Source of the DNA: Vitrella brassicaformis CCMP3155
Lineage: Eukaryota; Protista; Chromerida
DNA: 64,000 bases
Direction: 5' to 3'
Assembly (NCBI GenBank): GCA_001179505.1
Contig: CDMY01000235.1
Location: 62,001 to 126,000, forward strand
Position 1 is the first letter of the stretch. The number at the start of each line of letters is the position of its first letter. The notes beneath the pieces were generated by a model that worked only from the letters and a program-made list of their open reading frames with translations, did no database searches and had not been told where the DNA came from. Positions 12,410-25,171 of the stretch are shown piece after piece. The position numbers and the translations under genes are program-made.

Positions 12410-15400
12410 CTACCTGAAAACAAGACAGAGACAGAGAGCACGTGCCATGCCAAACACCGTTTCACCACCGTCTCCCTCCCTCCCTCCATTGCGACCTTCG
12501 GCACCCACCCAGCTTACATACCATGTCGGTCGGTTACTCGGTCTTGTGTTCCTCCTCCTCCTCCCCATAGGCCTCCATGGCATCGCCGCCCTCTCTGCCC
12601 TCCCCCTCCTCAGTGTTGGAGTGGTTGCTGTTATCGCCCTCCTTGCCGCCCTGCTGCCCCGCACTCGCAGCTGACGGGCTGTCCTCACCCGTCATCGGGC
12701 TATCGGGCACACCACCAGCACCACCAGTAGCAGCAGCGGCACTGACAGCACTGACAGGCACTGCTGGTGCAGCTGGGGGTGGCGGGGGAGGGGGCGGGGG
12801 TGGGGGAGGATGGGATGGAGCCGACGGCGGTGCCGGGCCCCACACCGAGCCCATGGGCGGCGGGCCATAGCCACGAGCAGGCGGAGCTGCCGGCTGCGGA
12901 CGACTAGAACCACCCCTGATCACAACACGCGCGACACAGAGATATAAACTTTATAGGATTTGGTGCGATCTGTGTTTCGTCTCACCGGAAGAAGCTGCCG
13001 AAGAACCCCGCTGGCCCTCCCGGAGCTGCTAGACTACCCCACGGTGCTCGTCCGCTCCGCGTGGGCCCGTTGGCAGCAGGAGGGCGCGCTGGCGGCCCCA
13101 TGCGAGCCGGAGTTGCCGAGAAGGCAGCACGGGGTGGTCGGTTGAAGGGCGCACCGTTCTGACGAGGCGGACCCGACACGTTCGGTGGGACGAACGGCGG
13201 GACAGGAGCGTTGGAGTTGTTCGCAACGCCCTCACCAGACCTGCAAAGCACACAACATAACATGGCGACCGCATTGCATTGCATCACACATGAATGACAC
13301 AAGTGTGCACATGACATGGGCGTCATGTGTGTGGATCCTGTCACTCGTGTGCCCGCCCGTTAGTTACCTACCCGAATGGCGGGCAGGGAGGGCCCTGATA
13401 TGCCCCATATCCACCGCGCGCCCCCGCCCTGCCCCGCCCGAAGTACCCCTGGCCGCGGCCGCCACGGTGCAAGCCCGACGCCAATGCGCCCCTCGGTCCG
13501 TCGTCCCATGCGCTGCGATGGCAATCGAGGTCGTCGAAGATCTCGTCAGAGTGGTCGCGACTGCGGAACGGAGGCGTGAACGAACGGTGGGCTGAGGCGG
13601 GACCGCCATTCGATGCCGCTGCACCTGCCGGAGACGCTCGGTTGTTACTGAGCAGCAAGACAAGACAAGACACACACCACCGCACCAGTGAGTGTTGAAG
13701 AGCGCGAGGCGTCCGTCTTGATGGATGTCTTGTGTGCTCACCGATTGCCGTCAGCAGCACTGGATGAGCTTGCCCCTCCGCCCGCTGCGGCCGCGGCCGA
13801 ACTGGACGAGCTCGACGAGCTGGCGCCGCGCCCCCCGAGGCCGCCCGTGAACTCCGCCAGCGCACTCATGAAGGCATCCCTGGCCGACTCACTCAACACC
13901 ACACTGCTCATGCCTCCACGACCCCTACCGCGCCCGCGGCCGCCGCCGCGAGAGCGTCGCTGCTCGCGGGGCTGGGGTGGCCCCTCGGCGGTGGAGGTGG
14001 ACGTGCTGTTGGCGGCCGGTCCGCCGTTGTCTGTGTGAGTGTTGGGCTGTGCGCTGTCCTCCTCCTCTGCCTCCTCGTCGTAGTCGGATGCCATGTCGAT
14101 GATGCGGAACATCTGACGCATCAGATCTAATGATCGCATCGCGACACGGCACGGCAGATACACACACAGAGATGTATGTGCTTGGTCGTGTTGCTGTTGG
14201 TGTGGGTGTGGGTGGAAGTCATGTGTGTAGGCGACCTAGGCGGCTGGCGCTGCGCGCACGGGCAGCACTGGCTTGCTGCTTGAAAAGGGAATCGGGAAAG
14301 ACACACAGACACAAGGACAGGCAGGCATATCAAAAATGTGCGCACCTTCCCTTGCCTAGTACCCCTCTCTGCGCTCAGAGCGTTTGCTTACATCTTCGCG
14401 TTTCTTCCTTTCGACTTCGGCCTCCTCGTGTCGTCCGGCGGCCTGCAGGTACTCGAGCTTGTCGCTGGCGGCGGAGAACTCCTCTCTGCAGATGGGGCAG
14501 CTGTTCTCCTTGAGCAGCCACTCGCTGATGCACTTGTGGTGAAAAATGTGATTGAACTTGCACGGGATCTGACTCAACTGAAGAGAGAAGCAGAGCAAGG
14601 TGTGTGGGTGTACGCGGCGCGGCAGTGTGTGGTGTGTGTTGTGTTGTGTTGTGGTGCTGACTGACTGACCTCGTCGCCCTCGGCAAACTTCTCGTAACAA
14701 ATGGGACACTCCTGCAGACAGACCAGACCCAACAAAGGCGCCGAAAATGGAGTTCCATCTTATATATCAACTGTGAGCTCGTGGAGGCTCTATCAGCTCC
14801 CTGACTGACCTTGTCATTTTCGTCGGCGACACCCGCAGCGGTGGCCTCGTCGACGCCCACCCTCTTCAAATCCTCCAGGAACTCGGGACACACACCCTTG
14901 ACCTTGGCAGCCGCAGCATTCTGATCCGGTCACACAAACACCAACACAACACATTCAGTCAGTAAGTCTCTTGCGTGTGCTGTGCGATTTCCATCCACAG
15001 CATTGGATTGCTCAGCTCACGTACGTTCTCTGCGTTCTGGGTGGCGCGGTTCTCGATCACGTTGATGAACATCTGGCAGACACGCAACACGAATGACACA
15101 ACATGACACAAGAGTGAGTATAAGACACATAGATGCATCCCTCTTCCTTCCCTCCGTTTGTCTCAGCCACCCACCTCGAAAGGTATCATATTTCCTCCTG
15201 GCAGTCCCATGAAGAGGCCGGAGTGGCCTCCCCCGCCCGGGCCGCCACCCCGCTGAGACTCAGGCACCTCCTCTAGAAAACCGTCGCCGCACGTCGGACA
15301 GTTGCCTGCAGGCAGATAAGGGCAAGAGGGAGTGAACTCTCACGCCTGACCACTGACTGCCGTCCCACAGGCCCACATCCAGCTTCTCTGACCATTATTG

Positions 15401-15480
15401 AGCTCGTATACGGTCGCCCTGCACTGGTGGCACCACCACGCAGCGGCGGCCCCTCCAACCGAATTGGAAGCGCCAGACAT
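12410..15480 (-). CDS. RING-H2 E3 ubiquitin ligase of RNF115/RNF126 type with a long Gly/Pro/RGG-rich C-terminal extension
   Basis: N-terminal zinc ribbon start MSGASNSVGGAAAAWWCHQC. RING-H2 CPICYEKF...IPCKFNHIFHHKCISEWLLKENSCPIC at about 14480-14710. An in-frame splice path RKKRED|QQASAARARSASRL|DLMRQMF joins the RING to downstream low-complexity exons, which end W* at 12410. Confidence 0.8.
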
Positions 15481-15889
15481 CGCCAAATGCAGCTCTGAAG
15501 AAGACTTCTTGCGCGTGTGATGCACGTGACGTGACTATCCTCCTGTGACAGACACACACGCACCATAAGCACGGTTCTGTCTGACTGGGGCGTCTGGAAT
15601 GCTTCCCGATCGCTCCAAGGTGCCGGCCTTACCTACGGAAGGCTTTCCATATCGTTAACCTTGGAGCGCCACATCGGCGACCGTTTCGCGCCCTCAGCGC
15701 TCTAGCCCCTGACCATCTCGGCAACGGACACTTCTAACGAAATCCCCATCCTCCTCTTCGCTGGCTAATGCATCCAGAGGGTGTTGATCCTTGCTTGTTG
15801 CAAGAGCTCCTTGGCCCTCAGTGAGTGAACTCGGTTACCGTCAGCCTCCTACCGGCACGTACATCGTTGAGGATCAAGGCCAGCGAGCT

Positions 15890-18056
15890 ATGTCTGTCAG
15901 GTGGGTGAAGAGGGCACCTGGGGAGGGCACACACGCACACAGACAATCATACCACCACACCACTGCACAGCACACACTGTACACTTACGCCCGACGCCCT
16001 CTGAGGCCCGATCGCTGATCTGTGGCTGATTGTGTGCTGTTTGGCTTGCGCCGCTGTGGTGTGTTCCTTGGCTGCAGCCCCCTGCTCCCCGCCTCTCGGT
16101 TCGCCGAGTCTGACGGCACCCCGCAGCACTCGACGACCGTCCACCATCGGCACCCGAGGTCTGCCAGCGAGCGGGAGAACCTCTCACGGCCGCTCAGCTG
16201 GGTGCGCATGTTCGAGCGGAGCCGGAGCGCCGTATGGCGTGACGACGACTCGCAGAGCCACTCGACCAGCAGTAGCGGCCACGGCCATGGCAAGCCCGAC
16301 ATCGAGAGCCCCTCCCACCCCTCCCCTCCCCACTCCCACAGCCACCACCACCTCCTGCCATTCGCCAGGGCGGGCAGCTCGCTGCGGCAGTCCATGGCAA
16401 CCATCACCCTCTCGCGCGCACTCTTCCTCTGGGTCATGTCACTCTGTATAGCATTATCCATCTACCTCGCCACCCCAGCCCTCTACTACCTCTACTTCAA
16501 GGCACGGTGTAACTGCCCACAGGCCGGCGACGGCGTGGGGCCAGGCGGCACCACCCTGGCGGCCTTCGAGGTGGCCCCACCGGACAGTTCTTCCCTCTCA
16601 GATCGGCGGTTCTCGAACCATCCCCTGATGGACTCTATGTGTTGCGAGCTGACGAAGCTCTCCGAGGACACGTACTTCAATCAGGAGGACGACACGGTGG
16701 TCAACGACACGTCTACGGCGTCGAGCAGCAACACCAACCAGACCGGCTTCTTCCGGCGCATGTGCTCACCATGCGTCAAGAATGAGACCCAAGCCGAGCT
16801 CACTCGGCTGGACGCCTCGCGGCTGCCAGACGAGTACGTGTTGGTGCTCGATGACGACTTTTCGGACGGCCTTGACCGGTCTCGGTGGGACTTTCGGCTG
16901 GACACCAAGGTGCCCACGTGCCACAGCGACGCCGACTGCGTGTCCACGGAGGAGGGCGAGCTCAAGATTCGCATGCTGGACCAGAGGAAGCTGACCGAGA
17001 TCAAGAAGGAGAGGAGGCGGAGAAGGCTCCAGATGATAGAGGACGGCCTCGAGGAGAACGGGCAGGGGAGTGGGGGGTGGGGGTCGGATGGTGGTGCGGC
17101 AGGGGCGGTAGGCAACGCGACAGCTGCTGATGGTGGTGGCACGCCCCGGTGCGATTTCGCGGGGGGCGGCATCGTATCTCGGCGGCCGTTCGAGTATGGT
17201 TACTTCGAGATGAAGGCCAAGATGTGGCACCAGCTGGGCTGGCACCAGGCATTCTGGCTCACTTCATCGAAGGACCTCAGGACGTAAGACACTCACACAC
17301 GCAGGATGCGATCGATGCCTGTGTGTAGAGAGATGTGACGGGATGACGGAAATGTATGTTTGATTGTGTGTGTGTGTGTGTGTGCAGCCCGGCTCCTGGT
17401 CCGCGTCAGGAGATCGATATCCTGGAGACCAGATCAGGGCACAAAAGCATGACTTGGAACGTCCACAGGTCCGCTACGCTACACACCCACACAGAGACAG
17501 CGGAAGAAAGGATCCATCCATCAGCTTAGCTAGCTTGTGTGTGGTGACCGCAGGTGGGCGCCTAAGCCCCACGAGAAGCTGGCCGGCAAGTACATCCATC
17601 CTGTGCCCGACCTGAGTGAAGACTACCATACGTGGGGCTTCCTATGGACACCCACTGAGGTACCTACACAGACAGCCACACACCACACCACAGACTCTCA
17701 GATAAGATGCGCTCAACCGTCCGTCCACCTCTCGTGTGGGTCGTGTCGTGTGTGTCATTCATGTGGTCAGATGGTGTGGTACTTTGACTCGTACGAGACG
17801 GGTCGGATCTCGCTGAGCTCTCTGGACATCCAGCTGCGCGACTGGACGCCTCACCACGTGTGGGTGACGGCCATCTGCCTGGGCACCACGTACAAGCAGA
17901 TCAAGACCAAGCAGCTCCCGGGCGTCATGCACGTCAAGTACGTCAAGGTCTTCCAGACCAAAGACGACATCCAGAGGCAACGAATCACCGAGATCGAAAG
18001 GAGGACGGGATCGGGCTTCGGTGTCCCGCCCGCACTGCCGCCCAGGCCACACATCA

Positions 18057-18088
<32 letters not shown>

Positions 18089-18625
18089 GTGCAGCAGCCA
18101 GCGGGTGACGAGACGGTTCGGGATTCTGTAGACGTGCTGTCGGTGGTCGAGGAGAAGCGGGGCTCGGGCGTGTCGATCATGGCACAGCTCCAGCACCAGG
18201 AGTCACAACAAGAAGACCGGCCCGATGGCGTCGACCAAGACCCGCCCCCTCAACCCGAGAGCGACCTCTGGAGTGCCGACGACACCGTCACTGTGGCCCC
18301 TCCCCTTTCGCCCCTCTCGCCCCTCTCTCCCCTCTCCCCCCTCACTGGTGAAGATGACCAAGTCTTTCCCCCTTTCCCCCCGCTGGCGTCTTCATCCCGC
18401 CCCCTCTCCCCCCAGCTGAGCGACTCAGAAGTATTTCGGCCGCTGAACCATCGGCCAAACACGCTCATCGAGCGCTCACAAACACGGCAGCAGAACCAGC
18501 ACCAGCAGGAGCAGCTTCCAGAAGATGTCGAATGGAGGGACACACAGCAGCAGCAGCAGCAGCCCGTCAGGCCTGATGGCGGGGGTGAGGTGTTCGGCCG
18601 CATGAGGGAGCGGGTGGAGCGGTGA
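15890..18625 (+). CDS. Glycoside hydrolase family 16 protein with an N-terminal membrane anchor (type II topology) and poly-Q acidic tail
   Basis: Micro-exon ATGTCTGTCAG (15890-15900) splices in frame to 16078. TM segment ALFLWVMSLCIALSIYLATPALYYLYF. GH16 motifs LVLDDDFS, GGGIVSRRPFEYGYFEMKAK, GWHQAFWL, catalytic QEIDILE (about 17408-17430), DYHTWGFLWTPTE-MVWYFD and MHVKYVKVFQ. Confidence 0.85.
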
Positions 18626-18629
18626 CAGT

Positions 18630-21600
18630 GGCGGAGAGAGGGGGCTGGGTCAGAGAGAGAAAGTGGGAGAGGGAGAGAGGGATGATGATGGATGGACGAG
18701 GTAGGGACAGATTTGTTGTGCAATTGGTTGACGAGACAGAACGAGTGAAGATGGATGGATGGATGGAATGACGAAGGTCGGTGGGTGGGCGGGTGGATGG
18801 ATGACGCAGCTGACGGGTGGGTGCGGTGACAAGAGGGTTTTGTGTCTCTTTTGCCCTCTTGCGGTGCGGTCGGTGCGTATCTGTCTATCTGTCTGTTATC
18901 TACCCACCTCTGTAGCACACTAGATGGATGGATGGATGGACGGCTAGGGAGGGGCCAGAGACGCACTCGTCGGGGCGGTGCGGCCCGGAAGGCGCAGCGA
19001 CGTTCGAGCATGGCCTTGATGATGACGATGCATTCATTGCATGGTGGATTCATTCACTTTATGCATGCCATGCGTGTGTGGACTCATTTCTGTCTGTTCC
19101 GTGATGATGGATGGAGTCAGGCGGTCTATACGTGTGTGCGTGAGATATGACACCTACCTAACGATCCAGTGGGGGAACTGGTTTGTGTGAAAAGAGGAAG
19201 GGAGGGACAGATGGGCAGAATGGAGAGAGAGAGAGAGAGAGAGAGAGGGATGGAGATGAGACGAGACGAGACGTACACACGTACAGATGCGTGTTCGCGG
19301 GCCGGGCTGGGCCCACATCTGAGTGGATGAGTGAGTGCATTGGATTGGATGGATGGGGTGATTATTGAATGATCATCGTGATGTTCCGATATGATATCAT
19401 GATAGCATGAATGGATGACTATATTATCCGGCGGGACGGACGTTTTTGGTTTTTCTGTTGGCTGCATGGCATGGCATATGGCATGGCATGGCATATGGCA
19501 TGGCATGGCATGGCATCATCCACCACACTCATCCATCCATCCATCCACACACACAGACACACACGCACGCATATACATACGTGTGATAACGGTACTACGA
19601 TACGGTATGGGCTGAATGGTAACTACCTACCGGGCTCGTTGGTTGATGGACCAACCAATGATGACACACAGACAGACAGACAGACAGACCGACTGGCTAC
19701 CACTGTTCTAGGTCTGTTTGTGGCTGTTATGCTGTTTGGGCGTGTGCTGTGGTGCGTGTGTGTCTGTGTGTGTGTGTTGGGGGGCGGGGGGGAAGGTTGG
19801 CCGGCTGCACGAAAGACAGACAGGTCGGGCGGGGCGGGCTGCGAGGGGCGGGGGCGGGTGTATAATAATGTAGAGCGCATATTGGCTGCTGCTGCTGCTG
19901 CTGCGGCTACACACTCCTAATTGATCGACCTCTATCTATATTATATCTGTCTCTCGCTTCTTCGCTCTATATTATCTATCTGCCTATGCCGTCCTTCTCT
20001 GTCTGCCCATCTCGCGCCTCTCTCGTCTGTCTGTCCGTCTCAATGAATGGGCCGCTGATAGAAATGCTATGCTGAGCATAGCACGTACACACGCAGTCTC
20101 TAGAGATAGCCCCCAGACAAACAAAGAAACAAAGGCGGTGGACCAACGGCATGGCGGGCAGCTGTGTGGTTGCCATCCATCCAAACCATACGCACCGCAC
20201 CCTCACTCACCTCTCTCTCTCCCTACCTAATGGCGTGCATGAGTGCTGTACAGACCTAACGAATGAATGCGCGGGTCGGCCAAGCGTGTGATGGGTTGAT
20301 GGGTGGATGGATGGACGATGTGTGTTGCGCCGCCACCCGAGCCATTTCTTTCCGCCTCTCTGCCTGCCTGCCTGCCTGCCCGCCTGCCTATATGTTATGT
20401 TGTAGTTTTTTCCTTTTTCGTGATCTCGTCCTGCATGCTTGGATGGATGGATGCGTGAATGCGCACACACATTGTGAATGTCAGCGAGCCCACTGCCACA
20501 CACACAGAGCAGCCTTTTTGACCGACCGGCCGGCCACGGAAGGGGCAGTGAGTGCGCTTGCAGGGTGCTGCGTGCTGACGTGTTGTGTTGTGTTGTGTCC
20601 TACTGCCTTCTTTTCTTGTGTGTGTACAGCCTTCAGAGTGTGTGTGTGCGCATCCGGTTTTATAGGGGTGTCTGTCTGTGTAGTGTCTGAGTGTTGTGAT
20701 TACGTAGCCGTTCAGCTCAGGGGGGCGAGAGGCGTCCGACGGATACATATAGAGCGCGCCCCCTGCCCACTTAACACAGACAGCACACAAGCAGACAGAC
20801 AGACAGACAGTCGTAATGCCATCCACACATGCACACATGGATCCGCTTTTTGGCTCCTCCCTGCGTTGCCTTGCGTTGCGATGTGGTGTGTGGTGTGTTG
20901 TGTTGTGCTGTGAGTGGTGACCATTTATCGATGGATGACGCCGTGCACCGACTTGCCCCCACACACACTGCCTGCCTGCCTGCCTGCCTGCCGATGTTGC
21001 CTGTCTGCGCACATACAACACCATCCAATCTCCGTGTGTATCAACGGGTGCCTACGTTTTTGCCATCAATCCAACAGCCAGCCAGCCAGCCGTTCAGCCA
21101 CATGCACCATATATGGGTGTGCATATATAGTGTACTGTGTCAGTCGGGGGGCGGGTGAATGGCTTAAGTGGGGGTGCAGGGGGTGGGGCGGGCCACTCAC
21201 ACACCACACGACACGCACGCGCACACACGGGCGAATGGATGGATGGATGGATGGATCGACGCATCGACGGACCGACCGGCTGACCGATTTACAAGTTTTT
21301 GGGGTCCATCGATCGTTTTTTCTGGCTGTGTTGTGTGTAATCCATCAATGGACGGTACGGTATGCACTGCTAAGGCCAGGACAACACGATGCGCCAGGAC
21401 TCGGTGGGTGGGCGGGCGGCTGGTTGACGCGCTCTCGGTATGTAAAGTTTTGTGGACCCTCTTGCTGGCTGCTACATACCGTCCGTATGAGGACAGGTCG
21501 TTTACCTCTCCTCTCTCTCGCCCATGGTTTGTGTTTCCTCTGGTCGGTCCTGCTTTGGCTCTTTCTCATTCTCGTCTACTCTACGGATGGATGTGTTTTA

Positions 21601-24600
21601 TGGATGGAGGGAGGGATGGTTCTATCCTATCTACCTTGCGTCCGCTGTCTTGTGTGGTGCCGTGATGTCTTGTGGTGTGTGTCGGTGTCATCGGCTGCAT
21701 GTGTCTGAAGCCGTGCAGAGGGAGAGGTCGTCTTGCCGTCACGCGACAGCCCGTGTGACGCGCCAAGATCACACCTCGTTCAGCAAGGCATCGGCAGGCA
21801 GCCGTGACCGCCTATCTATCGCACTGTGGTGTATGTGGATCATTCGGCGTGCCATCTCCCTTGGGCAGCCAGATGAGTGACGACGCATCGTATACACTCG
21901 CCAGCCAAAGGGAAGGGAGACAGACGAGGAGTGAGTGGTGTGCCGGCTGCTGTGCGTGCCTACGGTCTTTCCTGTCTGTCTGTCAACATGGGCCTGAGAT
22001 GGATGGATGGGGTGACATGCGCCGACCGACGTGCAGCGGCCTTTCTGTCATGCCTCCCTACCCTACGAGCGTGTGGCTTGCCCAGCAGCTCACCCCGTTT
22101 ACAGCCTCCCTCCTCTATCTGCATACTCTCTCTTTATTTCTTTCTTCCACATCTGTCTGTCTGTATTTGTGTTTGCTCAAGGGGCCTTCCTTCCTTGACT
22201 GAGCGGGGGCGCGCGCAGGCATGCGTGGATGATGCGCCGGTTAGTCAGTCGCCTGACACGCACTGTATCTGGTGTGTCTCCCCTCCCTACGTCCGACCGA
22301 TGTACGTGCAGCTGCTGTGACGTCATGTCATGTGTGCCTGGTTTTTCCTGCCTGCCTGCCTGCCTAGTCGTGTGTAGCGGCCGGCGTTGTAATGACAGAT
22401 GCGGAAGCGGGCGAGTCGGCCGGGCACACTCTTTCTGAACACACTCAATGCATATATGGATGGACGGCACACGGACACACGGACACGCGGATACGGGGCC
22501 TCTAATTTTGCCACATGAACACATGGGCGCTGTGTGTGAATGTATGTATTTCTGTCTGTAGGTAGGTATGTGAGATGGACCGACCGATCGGCATTGTTTG
22601 TTTCTTGCCAACCCTCCCCTGCCATCCCCTGCGGGCTCGCGGGGCTATGCTATGTATCCACGTCCATGGGTGTGTGTGTGTGTATGGTATCCATTGCAAT
22701 GTGTGTATGTTATGTGCACGTGCGCATCCTCGTTTCGTTGGTCGGTGCGTACGGTTGCTTGCGTCAGTCATCCTATCCTCTTCTTGTCGTCTCGTGTGTC
22801 TTCTTCGCTCATCCTCGGTCGCGCTCTCATGTGTGGTTCGTTTGCTCATGTTTGCTCGAACTTTTTCTAACTGTGTTGTGTATCCGGCGCAGAGAGGTCT
22901 CTCTTGTCTCCTTCCTCCTGAGAAAGACCAAACCGCCCGCCCGGGGGGTGGACAGTGGGTGGGTGGATGGATCCGTGCTAATGCAATGCACGCAGGCATG
23001 CGCGCGCCATTTTGGTCTGGGCTGGGCGGCTTCTGTGGTCGTGCGGTGCGGTGGGCTGGCTGCAGACACAGATGGACGCACACAGACACACCAATGACAT
23101 CAACGGATGGTCATAGATACAGGCAGCCAGGCGGCAGAGACAGGCAGGCAGGCAGACAGACAGGTTGTGTGCGCACTGGACGGCGTGGCGTTTTGGGGCG
23201 GGCGGCATTTTGTCGACGGGTGGGTGGGGTGGGTGCATCCATTCACCAGGCCGGCCACCGGCCCTATGTGTTTTACCTACCTACCTACCTACCTGCATTC
23301 AGTGAAAATCTCGATTGGTGGATGGCTGAATACACAGTAAAGAGTGTTGTCCTTTACGCGTTCAGACGTGCGGCCTGCCTTCCTGCCTGCCTGGTGTACA
23401 TGAATCAAAGAAATGCATGGCGGGGAGGGGGGAGGGGAGGGGGCGTTTGTGTCGTGTTGTGTGTGTCTCTGCGTGGTTCGTGTTTTCTTCTAGACACCTA
23501 CCTGAATCACCTCACAAGCAGGTAGTGGTAGCTAACGCTCTTCCGGATGCTCTATGCTCTAACCACACACGGCTCTTTTGTCCTCGACTGACCGACTTGG
23601 TCGCTCTCATCTCATCCACCCATCGCCACACTCTCTCTCACTCACGCACGCACAGCTCAGCTGTCTTTCACTCACTCACTCATCCAATCGTGACTGTGTA
23701 TGTTATGTATCGGCGTCGGTCTAGGTCTGGTCCATCCATCCATCCATCCCACTCACGGACGGCTACGGTGCCCTCTCACCCACCCCAGCCCGCCCTTTTG
23801 TTTTCTTCTCTTCCTTTTCTCTCGCGCAGACAAAGAGTCTGTCTGTTTAGAGCACACAAGCGGGATCATTCGTGCCGTTCTCGCCTGCCTGCCCACAGAC
23901 GCTGGCCTCCCTCTTTCCCCCTCCCCGAGGCGTGTGGGCAGGCCGGTGTGGGATCGGCCGAGTGGCTCCGGCTATGTCTGTGTGGCAGGCGCCTCTTTTC
24001 TTGTGTGGGCGGGGCGGAGGGAGGCGGGATGGGACACATTTGGTCGGTCTGGCTGTCATGTGCTGAGGGTCGTTGGCTTGTTAGTGCATCTAGTGTGTCT
24101 TCCCTGGCTGTCTGTCTGTCTGTCTGGGTGGAGTGAGAGTCGCCGCCTGTCTGCCTGCCTGCCTGCCTGCGAATTGAGTGAGTGGAGTGCGTGCGTGGTG
24201 CCCGTGATGATGGTGGCGACGCGACGCGATGCGATGCGAGAGTGTGACTGTGTGGAGCTGAGAGAGAGGACACAGGATGTCATAAATTCTGTCCGTGGTA
24301 CATAGATAGCTTGATAGATAGGTACATACATGCGGATGGATGGATGGCTTATTCGTACAGCTATATACATACGTTGTCTGTCTTGTCTGTCTTGTCTTCT
24401 TGTCTTCTTGTCTTCTCGTCTCGTTCTTTCTTTCTTGTCTTGCTGCTCGCCTTGCATGGCAACCTACCTACCTACCTACCTTGATTGATGGATGGGCTGA
24501 TGGACTGATGGACTGATTGAATGATCTGCACACATACATACATACCTACATACAGACATACGTACAGTACAGTTCACTTTCGATCGACCTGTCTCTGAAT

Positions 24601-25150
24601 GAATGATACATGCGTGCTTGCTTGTAGAGGTGCGTTCCGTGGCGCACGAGCACGACACACACGGCCTGTCTCTTTCCCTCCCTCTCTCTCCCTGTCTCTC
24701 TTCCTCTCACTGTGCTGTGTTCGCATCTGTGTGTGTACCTACATACTTGTCTATCTACGACCGATATCGATTCCTGTCTGTCTCCTGGCCGGCTGGCTGG
24801 CTGGCTGGCTACCTGCCTGCTTGGCTGTCTGCATGCTGCGCGCGTGCATGTGGCCGCTCGTGCATGTGACCGACACAGCCATTCCACTGACGATGAGATG
24901 ATGGGGCAGACAATTGACTCACTTCGATCCCTATCTCGCTGGCTGATGACGTGTGAAGGTCCATGCGCATGCTGCACACGTCCATCTCCAGGTGGGTTGT
25001 GTCTCACGAGCAATCTCACCGCAGCGTGAATACACAGGTGGAAACGGGCCGCAAACTGGCGGAGACATTGCATGTAGATAAGTCTATCGCACATCACCAC
25101 ACGCAGCACATGCTATCGTCCGCACACAGACATATGTACAGTCGCGGCAA
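18630..25150. repeat. About 6.5 kb simple-sequence-repeat-rich region with no recognisable CDS, between convergent genes
   Basis: Dense (GATG)n, (GGCAT)n, (ACAG)n, (GCCT)n, (GA)n and (GTGTT)n runs. The ORFs here are low-complexity translations of these repeats. Confidence 0.7.
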
Positions 25151-25171
25151 CAGGCAGCAGTCAGCGGTCGG

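Noticed and set aside
18057-18100. (CAG)n poly-Gln runs in the GH16 tail and poly-Ala runs in the Nup188-like gene
   Set aside because: Ordinary coding microsatellites in disordered regions of a repeat-rich genome.
19126-25109. Many 60-300 aa ORFs rich in C/V/H/T/Q/D
   Set aside because: They are translations of (TG)n, (ACAG)n and (GATG)n microsatellites.
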